64,000 nucleotides of DNA from a virus: IMG/VR virus record IMGVR_UViG_3300020248_000002; one strand, 5' to 3'. Below are positions 19,480-27,472 of this stretch, in pieces (the stretch's first letter is position 1; each line of letters opens with the position of its first letter). The notes under the pieces are model-generated. The model did not search any database, had not been told where the DNA came from, and was given only the letters and a program-made list of their open reading frames with translations. The position numbers and the translations under genes are program-made.

Positions 19480-19881
19480 ATGGCAACTGCAAAAGTAAAA
19501 ACTGCAACGAATGGTATTTGTACTGAATTAGTTGCAAAAGCGAAGGCATATAGACTCGCAAATATTACTGCTAGAATGACATCAGCAGGTACTGGAAGTT
19601 TATCTGATTACAAATTAAATGCTAAAAAAGAAAAACTTGAAAGTGATGATGCGTCAGTAGTTTGGGGATTTGCTAGTAGGACAGCAGGAGACGATTTAGA
19701 GATAGTCGCTACTGCACCAACTGACAGAGGTTCTGTTGTATCAGTATGGGGATTTGTAACCAAAGACGGACTCATAGGTAAAGATGAAGCATCAGCAAGA
19801 GTCAGTACAACTGATATTACAGATAGTTCTACCCTTACCACATTCAAGGCAAATATGACGCACTTAGGGACACATTGGTAG
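19480..19881 (+). CDS. Hypothetical, probably late-expressed protein
   Basis: Ala/Thr-rich; own late promoter; SV(V)WGF motif occurs twice. Confidence 0.7.
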   Translation: MATAKVKTATNGICTELVAKAKAYRLANITARMTSAGTGSLSDYKLNAKKEKLESDDASVVWGFASRTAGDDLEIVATAPTDRGSVVSVWGFVTKDGLIGKDEASARVSTTDITDSSTLTTFKANMTHLGTHW

Positions 19882-19950
19882 GTGTCACATTACCCCCTTT
19901 GCAGGGGGTTTTTTTGTGTCATACTAGGTTCAGTTAACAAACACCAATTT
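19869..19950 (+). promoter_or_regulatory. Class A element A2
   Basis: GACAC-N8-GTGTCACA, CATACT -10 at 19920, CAAACACC leader. Confidence 0.65.
19892..19915 (+). terminator. Intrinsic terminator within A2
   Basis: ACCCCCT-ttgc-AGGGGGT then T tract. Confidence 0.8.
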
Positions 19951-20427
19951 ATGTCAACTAGATCAAGAATCGGAATTGAACTCGAAGATGGTTCAATCAA
20001 ATCTGTATATCATCACTTTGATGGATACCCAGAAGGACTAGGAGTTAAATTACTTACTCACTACACTACTGAAGAATCAGTAAACAAACTTATTGACGGT
20101 GGCAATATGTCAAACTGTTGGTCTGACTCAACATTTGATGTAGAAACAGGAGAGTTCCACCCAGTTGCAGACCCAAAACCTGCATACTATGGTGGAGAAG
20201 ATGAAAAACCAATTATCAGTAAGAAAAGAAAAGATTTCTTTATGATTGATTGTTGGCAAGAGTATTCATACATATTTGTTCCAAACGGTAGAGGTCAAGG
20301 ATTCTGGGCAATGTATGAGGTCAAGCATCAATATGATGAGAACTATGACCAGATACTATCCTATGAAGCAACACCCTGCACTCGTAGAGCGTTAGATCAA
20401 ATTGAAAAAGGAGAGGTATTAGTATAA
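19951..20427 (+). CDS. Conserved phage protein (MxTRSxI...H(F/W)DGYP family)
   Basis: MSTRSRIG...YHHFDGYPEGLG...EYSYIF; start corrected to the ATG after A2. Confidence 0.75.
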   Translation: MSTRSRIGIELEDGSIKSVYHHFDGYPEGLGVKLLTHYTTEESVNKLIDGGNMSNCWSDSTFDVETGEFHPVADPKPAYYGGEDEKPIISKKRKDFFMIDCWQEYSYIFVPNGRGQGFWAMYEVKHQYDENYDQILSYEATPCTRRALDQIEKGEVLV

Positions 20428-20609
20428 TGTTAGGAGAAACTAAACCAAAGGTCGTAGATTGCTATGACCTTTTAACAGGAGAGCAACGTGAACAAATTGC
20501 TGAAATAATGATGGAAGCAATGTCATTTCACGACATATACCCAGATATATGGGAAATGAAAGTTGAAGCAATTATTGATTCGGAGACAGATCAAAATGAC
20601 ATTCAATGA
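20427..20609 (+). CDS. Small acidic hypothetical protein
   Basis: TAATG coupling, GGAGAGG SD. Confidence 0.6.
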   Translation: MLGETKPKVVDCYDLLTGEQREQIAEIMMEAMSFHDIYPDIWEMKVEAIIDSETDQNDIQ

Positions 20610-20751
20610 AGTACAAAGAAGGTGGCAACACTTTCACGAAACAAATGAAGAAATATCATTTGATGATTTCTTATTCTTTAAGAAACTTGCCAAACAGTTT
20701 CCTTACGTCTATACTGAGTGGGGAACATTATTATCAGAGGATAACCAATGA
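20596..20751 (+). CDS. Hypothetical protein (51 aa)
   Basis: MTFNEVQRRW... after GGAG; ATGA overlap with the next gene. Confidence 0.5.
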   Translation: MTFNEVQRRWQHFHETNEEISFDDFLFFKKLAKQFPYVYTEWGTLLSEDNQ

Positions 20752-21248
20752 TGCAAACACCAGAACAAAAGTATCAGCAATTATTTGAGAAAATGTATCA
20801 GTTATGTATTGAGCAAGGTTGGGGCGACCCATTCTCTTATGCTCGATCAAGAGAGATACATCTAGCAGGGGTGTTAGGTCATAAAGTCGCTGAGGATTAC
20901 TCAGGTGCTGACGCATACGACAAATATGATTTACCCATAGAATATAAGTCAACCATAGGTAAGAAGTTGACAGCGACATACAACGGTATATCAGTTCAAC
21001 CAACGTGGGAAGAACAAGTTGATTACCTAGTTGATGAGAAGATAGGAAAGTATCATCATCATTATTATGCACGATACAAAGATGGTAAAATCGTTGAAGT
21101 GTGGCGAATGACCGCAGGGCAAGTCCTTGATATTCTTTTACCAGAATTGAAAAAGAAATTCAATACTGTAAAGAATAGAAAAGACCCACGTTTAGGTCAC
21201 ACTATTAGTAATAAACTAATTGTTGAACAAGGAACTAAAATTATATGA
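20748..21248 (+). CDS. PD-(D/E)xK restriction-endonuclease-like protein
   Basis: E...GADA...IEYKS catalytic-type pattern. Confidence 0.6.
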   Translation: MMQTPEQKYQQLFEKMYQLCIEQGWGDPFSYARSREIHLAGVLGHKVAEDYSGADAYDKYDLPIEYKSTIGKKLTATYNGISVQPTWEEQVDYLVDEKIGKYHHHYYARYKDGKIVEVWRMTAGQVLDILLPELKKKFNTVKNRKDPRLGHTISNKLIVEQGTKII

Positions 21249-21327
21249 CAGTTATAATACTGTCACACCTAGAATTGCATAGTACACAATGCTATGCAAT
21301 ACTAGATTATAGTTAACAAACACCAAA
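21246..21327 (+). promoter_or_regulatory. Class A element A3
   Basis: Perfect TGACAG-N8-CTGTCA, TTGCAT-17-AATACT, internal ATTGCATAG/CTATGCAAT inverted repeat, CAAACACC leader. Confidence 0.75.
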
Positions 21328-21513
21328 ATGATTGACACAATGTTAAATAGCGTTGATGAGACATTCGGAAACACACTTGCCGAACTCATCAAAGAGTATG
21401 TCACAGAATTAGTAGATCATCAAACTGACATCATTACAGACTCAGATTGGTTTTACGAAAAGGTAGAGAAAATGGTTGATGAAAGGGTAGCGGAGAAATT
21501 AAATGCTAACTGA
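21328..21513 (+). CDS. Small acidic hypothetical protein
   Basis: First ORF after A3. Confidence 0.65.
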   Translation: MIDTMLNSVDETFGNTLAELIKEYVTELVDHQTDIITDSDWFYEKVEKMVDERVAEKLNAN

Positions 21514-21805
21514 AAACTGGACAGTAGATCAAAAAAAGAAACTACTTGATGAATATGTGTTATTTCGCATAGAAGAAATGACTAGAGACGAAATGGCATC
21601 ATACGTCTATGATAGTATGAGACAAGAGATCATAGTATCAAGACCTGATCTTACCCTAGACGAGACTCTTAAGCAAGAAATTGACGAGTATGATGAATAC
21701 TTGTATGAAAAACTTACTGACTATGTGTTAGACAAACCAGACTCATACTCAGCATTATGTGAGTTTTTAAGAGATCGACAGGACAACATTTATTATGACA
21801 ATTAA
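21503..21805 (+). CDS. Acidic hypothetical protein
   Basis: Resembles 23377-23595; stop lies inside A4. Confidence 0.65.
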   Translation: MLTENWTVDQKKKLLDEYVLFRIEEMTRDEMASYVYDSMRQEIIVSRPDLTLDETLKQEIDEYDEYLYEKLTDYVLDKPDSYSALCEFLRDRQDNIYYDN

Positions 21806-21878
21806 AATATTGTCACATTAACTATTGTATTCTCTACAAAACTGTTTTAATATTAAATCATACAAACACCAACAAATT
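21796..21878 (+). promoter_or_regulatory. Class A element A4
   Basis: TGACAA-N8-TTGTCA, TTGTAT-17-TAATAT, CAAACACC leader. Confidence 0.8.
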
Positions 21879-22064
21879 ATGAAAAAAGTTTCATTTGCAT
21901 TTATTCTTGACAACTTAACTGAATTAGGTTGGGATTACACCTGCGGTAGAATGTCAAGATCAGGTATGGAAATCTATGACGGTATTATGAGACATTGCGG
22001 TGTCTTAAAAGAAACAGAGCATTGGAATGAAGATGTCTTTGCAGAGTCTAACGGAGATTGGTAA
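21879..22064 (+). CDS. Hypothetical protein (61 aa)
   Basis: MKKVSFAF...LGWDY..RMSRSG; start corrected. Confidence 0.65.
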   Translation: MKKVSFAFILDNLTELGWDYTCGRMSRSGMEIYDGIMRHCGVLKETEHWNEDVFAESNGDW

Positions 22065-22501
22065 TGGGAAAAGCAACAGGACAAATGCAAGAAGAAACAA
22101 GAGAACTTCTTGACCATTATAATAACCTATACAACTGGGATTATAATGAAATGTGTAGGTTCATTGAAAACTATGGAGAGACATATTTTTTAACCTACTA
22201 TGACATATATCATAGACTTTGTGAAGATTATGGTACAGAGTTAGTTGATCTGTTTTCAGATTACTTTGATGTGGATACAGTACCACATTTTGAGAATATG
22301 TACGAGGGTCAATTTGAAACAGCAAAAGATTTTGCAGAATACTATTGTACTGAGGTAGATGAAGCAACAAAAAATCTACCAGATTATGTGACACTTGACT
22401 ATCAAGATATATGGGATAACAAACTCTCAAAAGAATATGTTGAAATTGATTGCTCTATGGTAGATCATACCTATGGACACATATTCAAGTTGAAGTATTA
22501 A
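22064..22501 (+). CDS. ArdA-like antirestriction (DNA-mimic) protein
   Basis: FENMYEGQFETAKDFAE...LPDYV.LDYQDIW matches the ArdA C-terminal pattern; acidic. Confidence 0.6.
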   Translation: MGKATGQMQEETRELLDHYNNLYNWDYNEMCRFIENYGETYFLTYYDIYHRLCEDYGTELVDLFSDYFDVDTVPHFENMYEGQFETAKDFAEYYCTEVDEATKNLPDYVTLDYQDIWDNKLSKEYVEIDCSMVDHTYGHIFKLKY

Positions 22502-22504
22502 AAA

Positions 22505-22582
22505 GACAGTTTAAATACTGTCACACAGACTATTGTATTCTATACACAATAGATTTAATATTAGATCAGTTACAACAACACT
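22505..22582 (+). promoter_or_regulatory. Class A element A5
   Basis: GACAG-N8-CTGTCACAC, TTGTAT-17-TAATAT, ACAACAACACT leader. Confidence 0.8.
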
Positions 22583-22726
22583 ATGACTCTTAAACAACTT
22601 ATTCGAGAGTATGTCAATGACCACTTCGATCACTTTGGATTCTATCCTTATGAAGTTGAAGTAGATGGACAAGTTTACTCATACGGTGGATACTGGCAAA
22701 TTTTAGAAGATACGAGGTTCGACTAA
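22583..22726 (+). CDS. Hypothetical protein (47 aa, not in track)
   Basis: MTLKQLIREYVNDHFDHFGFYPYEVEVDG...; first ORF after A5; TAATG coupled. Confidence 0.65.
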   Translation: MTLKQLIREYVNDHFDHFGFYPYEVEVDGQVYSYGGYWQILEDTRFD

Positions 22727-22989
22727 TGGTTCAACAACAGTACGTTATGCAGTTCACAACAAGAACTGACTACTATCAAAACTTTGAAATATCATTTGAT
22801 GAGTTTTGGGAAGATTATTGTAAGGAAATGGATTTTGATGAAGAGGAGTCCGATCTTAACGATTGGGATAATGAGGACTTGATGCAAGTAGCGTGGGAGT
22901 ACATTCTTAAAGACCCTGAGAAGTATAGATCAGGTAATTCTGACTATGATAACGAGGAAATTATGAACTACACATTACACAGGATTTAA
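22726..22989 (+). CDS. Very acidic protein (24 D/E in 87 aa)
   Basis: Residue count by hand; TAATG coupling. Confidence 0.65.
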   Translation: MVQQQYVMQFTTRTDYYQNFEISFDEFWEDYCKEMDFDEEESDLNDWDNEDLMQVAWEYILKDPEKYRSGNSDYDNEEIMNYTLHRI

Positions 22990-22991
22990 TT

Positions 22992-23231
22992 ATGAAACAA
23001 GATTTTAACAGAGATTATCAACCAGAGGGAGTGAAGTACCATTTCCCTGATGATGACCCATATCAAGAGAGTAACGAAATTTACTACAATATGGTAGATT
23101 TTCTAGATGACTCAGAGGTACATCAAATATGGGAGATTGTGGGTAAGGCAATGGACAGAAATAATATTGTCACAACAGACAACGAAAGTTTATCTGTTAG
23201 GGTGTATGATGAAATCAGTTACGAGGATTAA
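22992..23231 (+). CDS. Acidic hypothetical protein
   Basis: Packed ORF. Confidence 0.6.
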   Translation: MKQDFNRDYQPEGVKYHFPDDDPYQESNEIYYNMVDFLDDSEVHQIWEIVGKAMDRNNIVTTDNESLSVRVYDEISYED

Positions 23232-23236
23232 CACTT

Positions 23237-23377
23237 ATGCCAACAGTACCAACCTATGATTTCCCCCAAAGTCCGATCCTAATAATAGGATTCTTTGGGA
23301 TCTTAGTTGCACTAGCAGTATTGTTTGTTGCAAACAAATCATATTTTTCAAGTCCATTCAATGAGGATAACAAGTAA
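23237..23377 (+). CDS. 46-aa single-TM protein (not in track)
   Basis: MPTVPTYDFPQSPILIIGFFGILVALAVLFVANKSYFSSPFNEDNK; GAGG SD; TAATG coupling. Confidence 0.6.
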   Translation: MPTVPTYDFPQSPILIIGFFGILVALAVLFVANKSYFSSPFNEDNK

Positions 23378-23595
23378 TGGAACTCACTAAAAAACAACAC
23401 GACAATCTCATAGAAATATTTGTTGAGAGGGTAGTTGACAATATGAATACTGTTCAACTTGCCGAGTATGTATCAGCAGATATGATCGAATGTTTTGGTA
23501 GTATGCCACAACAAGAGTGTATAGAGAATATGTACTCATATTATGATGAGGAATTTGTTGAAGAACTAATAGAGGAGGTTAAGGAAATTGACTAA
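23377..23595 (+). CDS. Acidic hypothetical protein
   Basis: Packed ORF. Confidence 0.65.
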   Translation: MELTKKQHDNLIEIFVERVVDNMNTVQLAEYVSADMIECFGSMPQQECIENMYSYYDEEFVEELIEEVKEID

Positions 23596-23770
23596 GTACA
23601 GAGATCAAAAAGCAACTATTTTTTCAGAGATTGCATCAATCCTCGAAGATGGGGATAATGGTACACCTTATGATTTAATAGATTTTATGATCGAATTGAT
23701 GACTAAAGATCAACTTAATCAAGTTGAGGATTTAATCACTAATCAGTATCAACAGTATCACGAGGACTAA
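23588..23770 (+). CDS. Acidic hypothetical protein
   Basis: TTG start after GAGGAGG/AAGGA. Confidence 0.55.
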   Translation: MTKYRDQKATIFSEIASILEDGDNGTPYDLIDFMIELMTKDQLNQVEDLITNQYQQYHED

Positions 23771-23773
23771 TCA

Positions 23774-23935
23774 ATGTATTATGAAGAGGGATTATGGGAA
23801 TATGCCACAGATAAGGCATACGAAATGATGAAACACAGGAAACAATTTCTTGATGATGATACATTTAATTATCAAATAGAATACTGGACTAAAAAAGTAT
23901 ATCAAGAAAATTCACACTTAAGAGGTATTGATTAA
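23774..23935 (+). CDS. Hypothetical protein (53 aa, not in track)
   Basis: MYYEEGLWEYATDKAYEMM...; GAGGA SD; TAATG coupling. Confidence 0.55.
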   Translation: MYYEEGLWEYATDKAYEMMKHRKQFLDDDTFNYQIEYWTKKVYQENSHLRGID

Positions 23936-24126
23936 TGTTAATGTGCAAACCAGTAAATACTTTCAAAACTGAAATATGTGTTGATTGTGGTAATCTATGT
24001 TCACTTGGAACAGGTAGATATGTCAATCGTTATGCAGTATATAACGAGGAAGTCGAGGGTTGGAGGTGTGGATTTTGTGCTGAAGAACTAGACGCACTTA
24101 TGGAAGATTTGATAGAGGACAATTAA
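23935..24126 (+). CDS. Small Zn-finger-like protein
   Basis: CVDCG...G.GRYVNR...CGFC. Confidence 0.65.
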   Translation: MLMCKPVNTFKTEICVDCGNLCSLGTGRYVNRYAVYNEEVEGWRCGFCAEELDALMEDLIEDN

Positions 24127-24195
24127 AATATTGTCACACTAACTATTGCATTATATACAAAATAGTTTTAATATTAAATCAGTTACAACAACACT
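24118..24195 (+). promoter_or_regulatory. Class A element A6
   Basis: GACAA-N8-TTGTCACAC, TTGCAT-17-TAATAT; 58/64 identical to A4. Confidence 0.8.
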
Positions 24196-24357
24196 ATGAC
24201 CAACTATGAAGCATTATTAACTCTCATAGGAGACATCAACAACGCTTTTTGTCACTTAGATGATGATGAAGTTGCTGATATATGTGATGGAGACATCAAA
24301 CTGTTAGACAAAGCAGTTAAGAGATTTAAAACAACTGTATGGGAGAATCAGTTATGA
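24196..24357 (+). CDS. Hypothetical protein (53 aa, not in track)
   Basis: MTNYEALLTLIGDINNAFCHLDDDE...; first ORF after A6. Confidence 0.6.
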   Translation: MTNYEALLTLIGDINNAFCHLDDDEVADICDGDIKLLDKAVKRFKTTVWENQL

Positions 24358-24599
24358 TGACCTATGAGAACTGGATAAAGAGTTGCCCTGACCCTGTTCG
24401 ATTTGCTACAAATTACGTTGATATAGAATCTGACGTATTATCTGTTATTGACACATACGACAGGGAAGAATGGGATAAATCAAAAATTGATGAGGAATTT
24501 ATCAAGGACATTTGTTATCAAGTTTACGATCAAGATTGGTCAGAATGGAATGATTTTATTGCTTATTTAATCGACAACAAAATGGAGGAAATCTTATGA
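24354..24599 (+). CDS. Acidic hypothetical protein
   Basis: ATGA overlap; GGGAG SD. Confidence 0.6.
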   Translation: MMTYENWIKSCPDPVRFATNYVDIESDVLSVIDTYDREEWDKSKIDEEFIKDICYQVYDQDWSEWNDFIAYLIDNKMEEIL

Positions 24600-24670
24600 T
24601 TATCTTAACAATTCTAGTAATTATATTTGTTATAATATTAATGTTAAACTACTACAACCCACATCACTAA
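24596..24670 (+). CDS. 24-aa single-TM peptide
   Basis: MIILTILVIIFVIILMLNYYNPHH; GGAGG SD; ATGA overlap. Confidence 0.55.
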   Translation: MIILTILVIIFVIILMLNYYNPHH

Positions 24671-24671
24671 A

Positions 24672-25010
24672 ATGTATCAACTTAATTTAACAGCAAGAGA
24701 ACTAGGTTTAGTTGCAAATCAATTAGGTTACTGTTATTGTGACCTAGATGAGAACAATGCACCGTCAGGAATGGCATTTGACCGATACGGTAAAGATGCA
24801 GTTGTAGGAGCATTTAGAAAGGTTCAAGAACTCATTAACGATCAATGGTTAACAGAGAATGAACTAGAATTATCTAAAGAGCAACGTAAAACTACATTTC
24901 CAATACCTAGTGAATCAGCATTTGGTATTGAGAGAGATTTCGAGGTGCTAAGAATGAAAAGAAAAGATCACAATAAAATTTCTAAAAGACCTACTTCATT
25001 CTATATGTAA
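24672..25010 (+). CDS. Hypothetical protein
   Basis: Packed ORF. Confidence 0.65.
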   Translation: MYQLNLTARELGLVANQLGYCYCDLDENNAPSGMAFDRYGKDAVVGAFRKVQELINDQWLTENELELSKEQRKTTFPIPSESAFGIERDFEVLRMKRKDHNKISKRPTSFYM

Positions 25011-25012
25011 TT

Positions 25013-25246
25013 ATGAAACAATTTAACATAACAATAAACGAAACAGAGCAACAGATTTTAATTGACTCTATGATGTTCTTTTTTACATTCTATAACAATG
25101 AAACAAAAGGTAATGACACATCAAATACCGTTGATATGTATAGAGTATGGTATAAAAAGAACAAATTAAAAGATAGCAAAGCAACATTTGAAAAAGTATT
25201 CTATGCTATGACAGATAAAAAAGTGTCACTACCAGAATTGAAATAG
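25013..25246 (+). CDS. Hypothetical protein
   Basis: 3' end reads through the A7 palindrome. Confidence 0.6.
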   Translation: MKQFNITINETEQQILIDSMMFFFTFYNNETKGNDTSNTVDMYRVWYKKNKLKDSKATFEKVFYAMTDKKVSLPELK

Positions 25247-25289
25247 ACACATTATCGTTTAATATTAAATCAAGAAACAAAACACTATT
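25209..25289 (+). promoter_or_regulatory. Class A element A7
   Basis: TGACAG-N8-GTGTCAC, TTGAAA-16-TAATAT, CAAAACACTA leader. Confidence 0.75.
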
Positions 25290-25457
25290 ATGTCAGTTTT
25301 ACATCACGAGTCAATCTTAGAAACACTTTATGATGAAGTTGTTGCCGAGTCACTCGAAAATCTAAGAAAAGCAGGATTCAATGTTAAAGAGTCCGATCTT
25401 GATATGGTTGCTATAGATGCCACAGTTGGTAGGAGGTTCGAGGACTTATGCCTATAA
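25290..25457 (+). CDS. Hypothetical protein (55 aa, not in track)
   Basis: MSVLHHESILETLYDEV...RRFEDLCL; first ORF after A7. Confidence 0.65.
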   Translation: MSVLHHESILETLYDEVVAESLENLRKAGFNVKESDLDMVAIDATVGRRFEDLCL

Positions 25458-25615
25458 TCAAACTATCAATCGAAGAGCATCAATCACTCACTAGGTTATT
25501 ATCACACCCTAAAACAATGAAATATAGGAGTGATTTATATGATACAGAAACTTTTGACTCAATGGAAGATAAAGTTTATGATGCAGTAAACAACTTAACA
25601 GTAGAGGATTTCTAA
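25448..25615 (+). CDS. Hypothetical protein (55 aa, not in track)
   Basis: MPIIKLSIEEHQSL...; AGGAGG/GAGG SD. Confidence 0.55.
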   Translation: MPIIKLSIEEHQSLTRLLSHPKTMKYRSDLYDTETFDSMEDKVYDAVNNLTVEDF

Positions 25616-25616
25616 A

Positions 25617-25832
25617 ATGAAAACAGAATCACTAGATAAATCTATTGATGTCTTAATTGACACAATAATGAAATCAACTATTAGAGCAGTTGATGAGAAC
25701 CGTATGGAGGACTCAAAAGCATTATTTGATGAATTTGTTGTAGATGGTAAAGAACCATTAACAGACAATTTCGAGTGGTTATACACTTATTACAAATTTG
25801 ATGATTCAATGCGAGGTATTGAAAATGATTAA
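25617..25832 (+). CDS. Hypothetical protein
   Basis: Packed ORF, GAGGA SD. Confidence 0.6.
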   Translation: MKTESLDKSIDVLIDTIMKSTIRAVDENRMEDSKALFDEFVVDGKEPLTDNFEWLYTYYKFDDSMRGIEND

Positions 25833-25986
25833 TGTACAGATTACTTTTGATGAAGCATACCAGTTTATTAAACTGTATGATATTCTAAGGGATATGGATA
25901 TGCCCTTAACAGAAAAACAAATGAGTGTATTTGAGAAAGTACAATATGCTCAAAGTAGTTCACATTATCAGGATTTACCACAATGA
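25825..25986 (+). CDS. Hypothetical protein (53 aa)
   Basis: MINVQITFDEAYQF...; GAGG SD; start corrected. Confidence 0.55.
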   Translation: MINVQITFDEAYQFIKLYDILRDMDMPLTEKQMSVFEKVQYAQSSSHYQDLPQ

Positions 25987-26357
25987 GCAAATTAACACCA
26001 TTTCAACAGGCACTAGCAACAAATATGGGTCAAGAAAAATTAGACTCAGATAATCTAGTTACACTTGTAAGAAGAAGATTTCTTTTAGAAGAAGTTGTAT
26101 TGACAAGAGAACAGTACGAAAATTACTCATCTAAGGTTGATAGTACTGGTTTTACTTGGGATTCATTAAAATGGGAAAATGCTCAATGGGAAGATTATGA
26201 GTTTGAAAACACTTATTATAGTGCCTATGAAGGCGATATTACAAGTTTTACTGATGATGTAGTTGCATTTATGCAACCTGACCCAGAAAATCGTTTATCT
26301 TATGAACAGTTGCCACTACTGAATAGTGACGATTTTTACGATCAATTCAACAAATAA
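25983..26357 (+). CDS. Acidic hypothetical protein
   Basis: ATGA overlap. Confidence 0.65.
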   Translation: MSKLTPFQQALATNMGQEKLDSDNLVTLVRRRFLLEEVVLTREQYENYSSKVDSTGFTWDSLKWENAQWEDYEFENTYYSAYEGDITSFTDDVVAFMQPDPENRLSYEQLPLLNSDDFYDQFNK

Positions 26358-26364
26358 TTTGAGG

Positions 26365-26446
26365 GTGTGACAGTAAAAATATTGTCACACCTTTTATTGT
26401 ATTTGATACAAAATGGTTTAATATACAAATAGTTAAAAACAACACT
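26365..26446 (+). promoter_or_regulatory. Class A element A8 (longest palindrome)
   Basis: GTGTGACAG-N8-TTGTCACAC, TTGTAT-16-TAATAT, ACAACACT leader. Confidence 0.8.
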
Positions 26447-26710
26447 ATGAACTTTGAAAAAATTTTAGAACAGTTCCAAACTGACCTAGAAAACTATTGT
26501 AAGGAAAATCAGTCCTTACACCCTATGAATCAAGATTTTTGGTTTAGTCAATTTGAAAATGACATTTACGAAATGCAGGAAATCGTTGACGGTATTCTAG
26601 GATTTGACTTTCAAGAAGCGTATAACTCTCAATATGACCCTGAGAGAGTGACTACACCCGAAGAAAGGGATAGAATCGCATTTCAGCAAAAAATGGAAGC
26701 GAAGGGTTAA
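26447..26710 (+). CDS. Acidic hypothetical protein
   Basis: First ORF after A8. Confidence 0.65.
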   Translation: MNFEKILEQFQTDLENYCKENQSLHPMNQDFWFSQFENDIYEMQEIVDGILGFDFQEAYNSQYDPERVTTPEERDRIAFQQKMEAKG

Positions 26711-26711
26711 T

Positions 26712-26927
26712 ATGCAGTACTTAGTAACCGATATTGAATTTGACTTCAATGAAGATTTACCAGATTATTATAGTGTCTCATTTGATGACCAAAAACTAAT
26801 AATCAATGACAATTTAGGTTTATGGGAAGCAACCGACCCTGATGATTTAATCGAAGAAGTGACCGCTAACGCAGGTTGGTGCATTAAATCAATCGACTAC
26901 AAAATACAATTAAAAGAGGACTTTTAA
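26712..26927 (+). CDS. Acidic hypothetical protein
   Basis: VTDIEFDF...WEA...DDL.EE.T...GWCIKSIDY. Confidence 0.65.
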   Translation: MQYLVTDIEFDFNEDLPDYYSVSFDDQKLIINDNLGLWEATDPDDLIEEVTANAGWCIKSIDYKIQLKEDF

Positions 26928-26929
26928 AA

Positions 26930-27145
26930 ATGAATGAACTAAAAAGATATTACATCAATGTAAAATTCGATAAATACGGAACATATACTTTTGAAGCAAA
27001 AAGTAAGGAACACGCTATTGAACTTTACAAAAATGGGGATTATGATTTTTCAGATTATACTGAAGATTTTGGGGAATTTAATGAAGTTATAGAAGATATT
27101 GAAGAAGAAATTTTTACAGATACTCAACTATCATTAGCAATTTAA
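26930..27145 (+). CDS. Acidic hypothetical protein
   Basis: YTFEAKSKEHAIE; GAGGA SD. Confidence 0.65.
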   Translation: MNELKRYYINVKFDKYGTYTFEAKSKEHAIELYKNGDYDFSDYTEDFGEFNEVIEDIEEEIFTDTQLSLAI

Positions 27146-27217
27146 TTATTTCTTAACAATTCAAATATCCATTATTCATTATTTTATGTTATGATGGATT
27201 CATATACAAAAAACACT
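27143..27217 (+). promoter_or_regulatory. Class B early promoter element B1
   Basis: TAATTATTTCTTAACAATTCA box, TGTTATGAT extended -10, AAACACT leader. Confidence 0.65.
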
Positions 27218-27472
27218 ATGGACAACTTTAAAGAATTTCTTGATTATTGTGAATCATTTTATTCACCTAGTCACCCTGATGTGCTTTACCCTATTGATGG
27301 TTTAACTAGGGAAGAATTAGCACTTGCAACTTTAAACTATCTCGACCTATGTGAAGTAGGCACTCACGTTACTTGGGGCGGTGGGGATTCTCTTGATAGA
27401 GAGAGAGTAAGAGATTTTGTTATTGAGCGTAGAGCAACTAATCAAACATTATCAAAAATGGGGGTGGCATAA
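27218..27472 (+). CDS. Conserved phage hypothetical protein
   Basis: F.DYC.SFY...LYP...WGGGDSLDRERVRD; start corrected. Confidence 0.7.
   Translation: MDNFKEFLDYCESFYSPSHPDVLYPIDGLTREELALATLNYLDLCEVGTHVTWGGGDSLDRERVRDFVIERRATNQTLSKMGVA

Noticed and set aside
19882-19950. ORF-track N-terminal extensions (19882, 21825, 27191, 27718, 30229, 37222)
   Set aside because: They run through promoter or terminator elements or another gene; downstream ATGs after the leader fit better
20606-20788. 60-aa ORF from the track
   Set aside because: Overlaps 20596-20751, which has an SD and an ATGA junction, and runs 41 nt into the nuclease gene
18102-26390. Palindrome as an NtcA, CRP or LexA box
   Set aside because: GACAR-N8-YTGTC does not match GTA-N8-TAC or TGTGA-N6-TCACA, and has the opposite arm orientation to CTGT-N8-ACAG
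18102-26446. Classical integron attC cassettes
   Set aside because: No GTTRRRY/RYYYAAC cores, no long attC hairpins and no integrase in the window; the fixed spacing to -35 favours an operator
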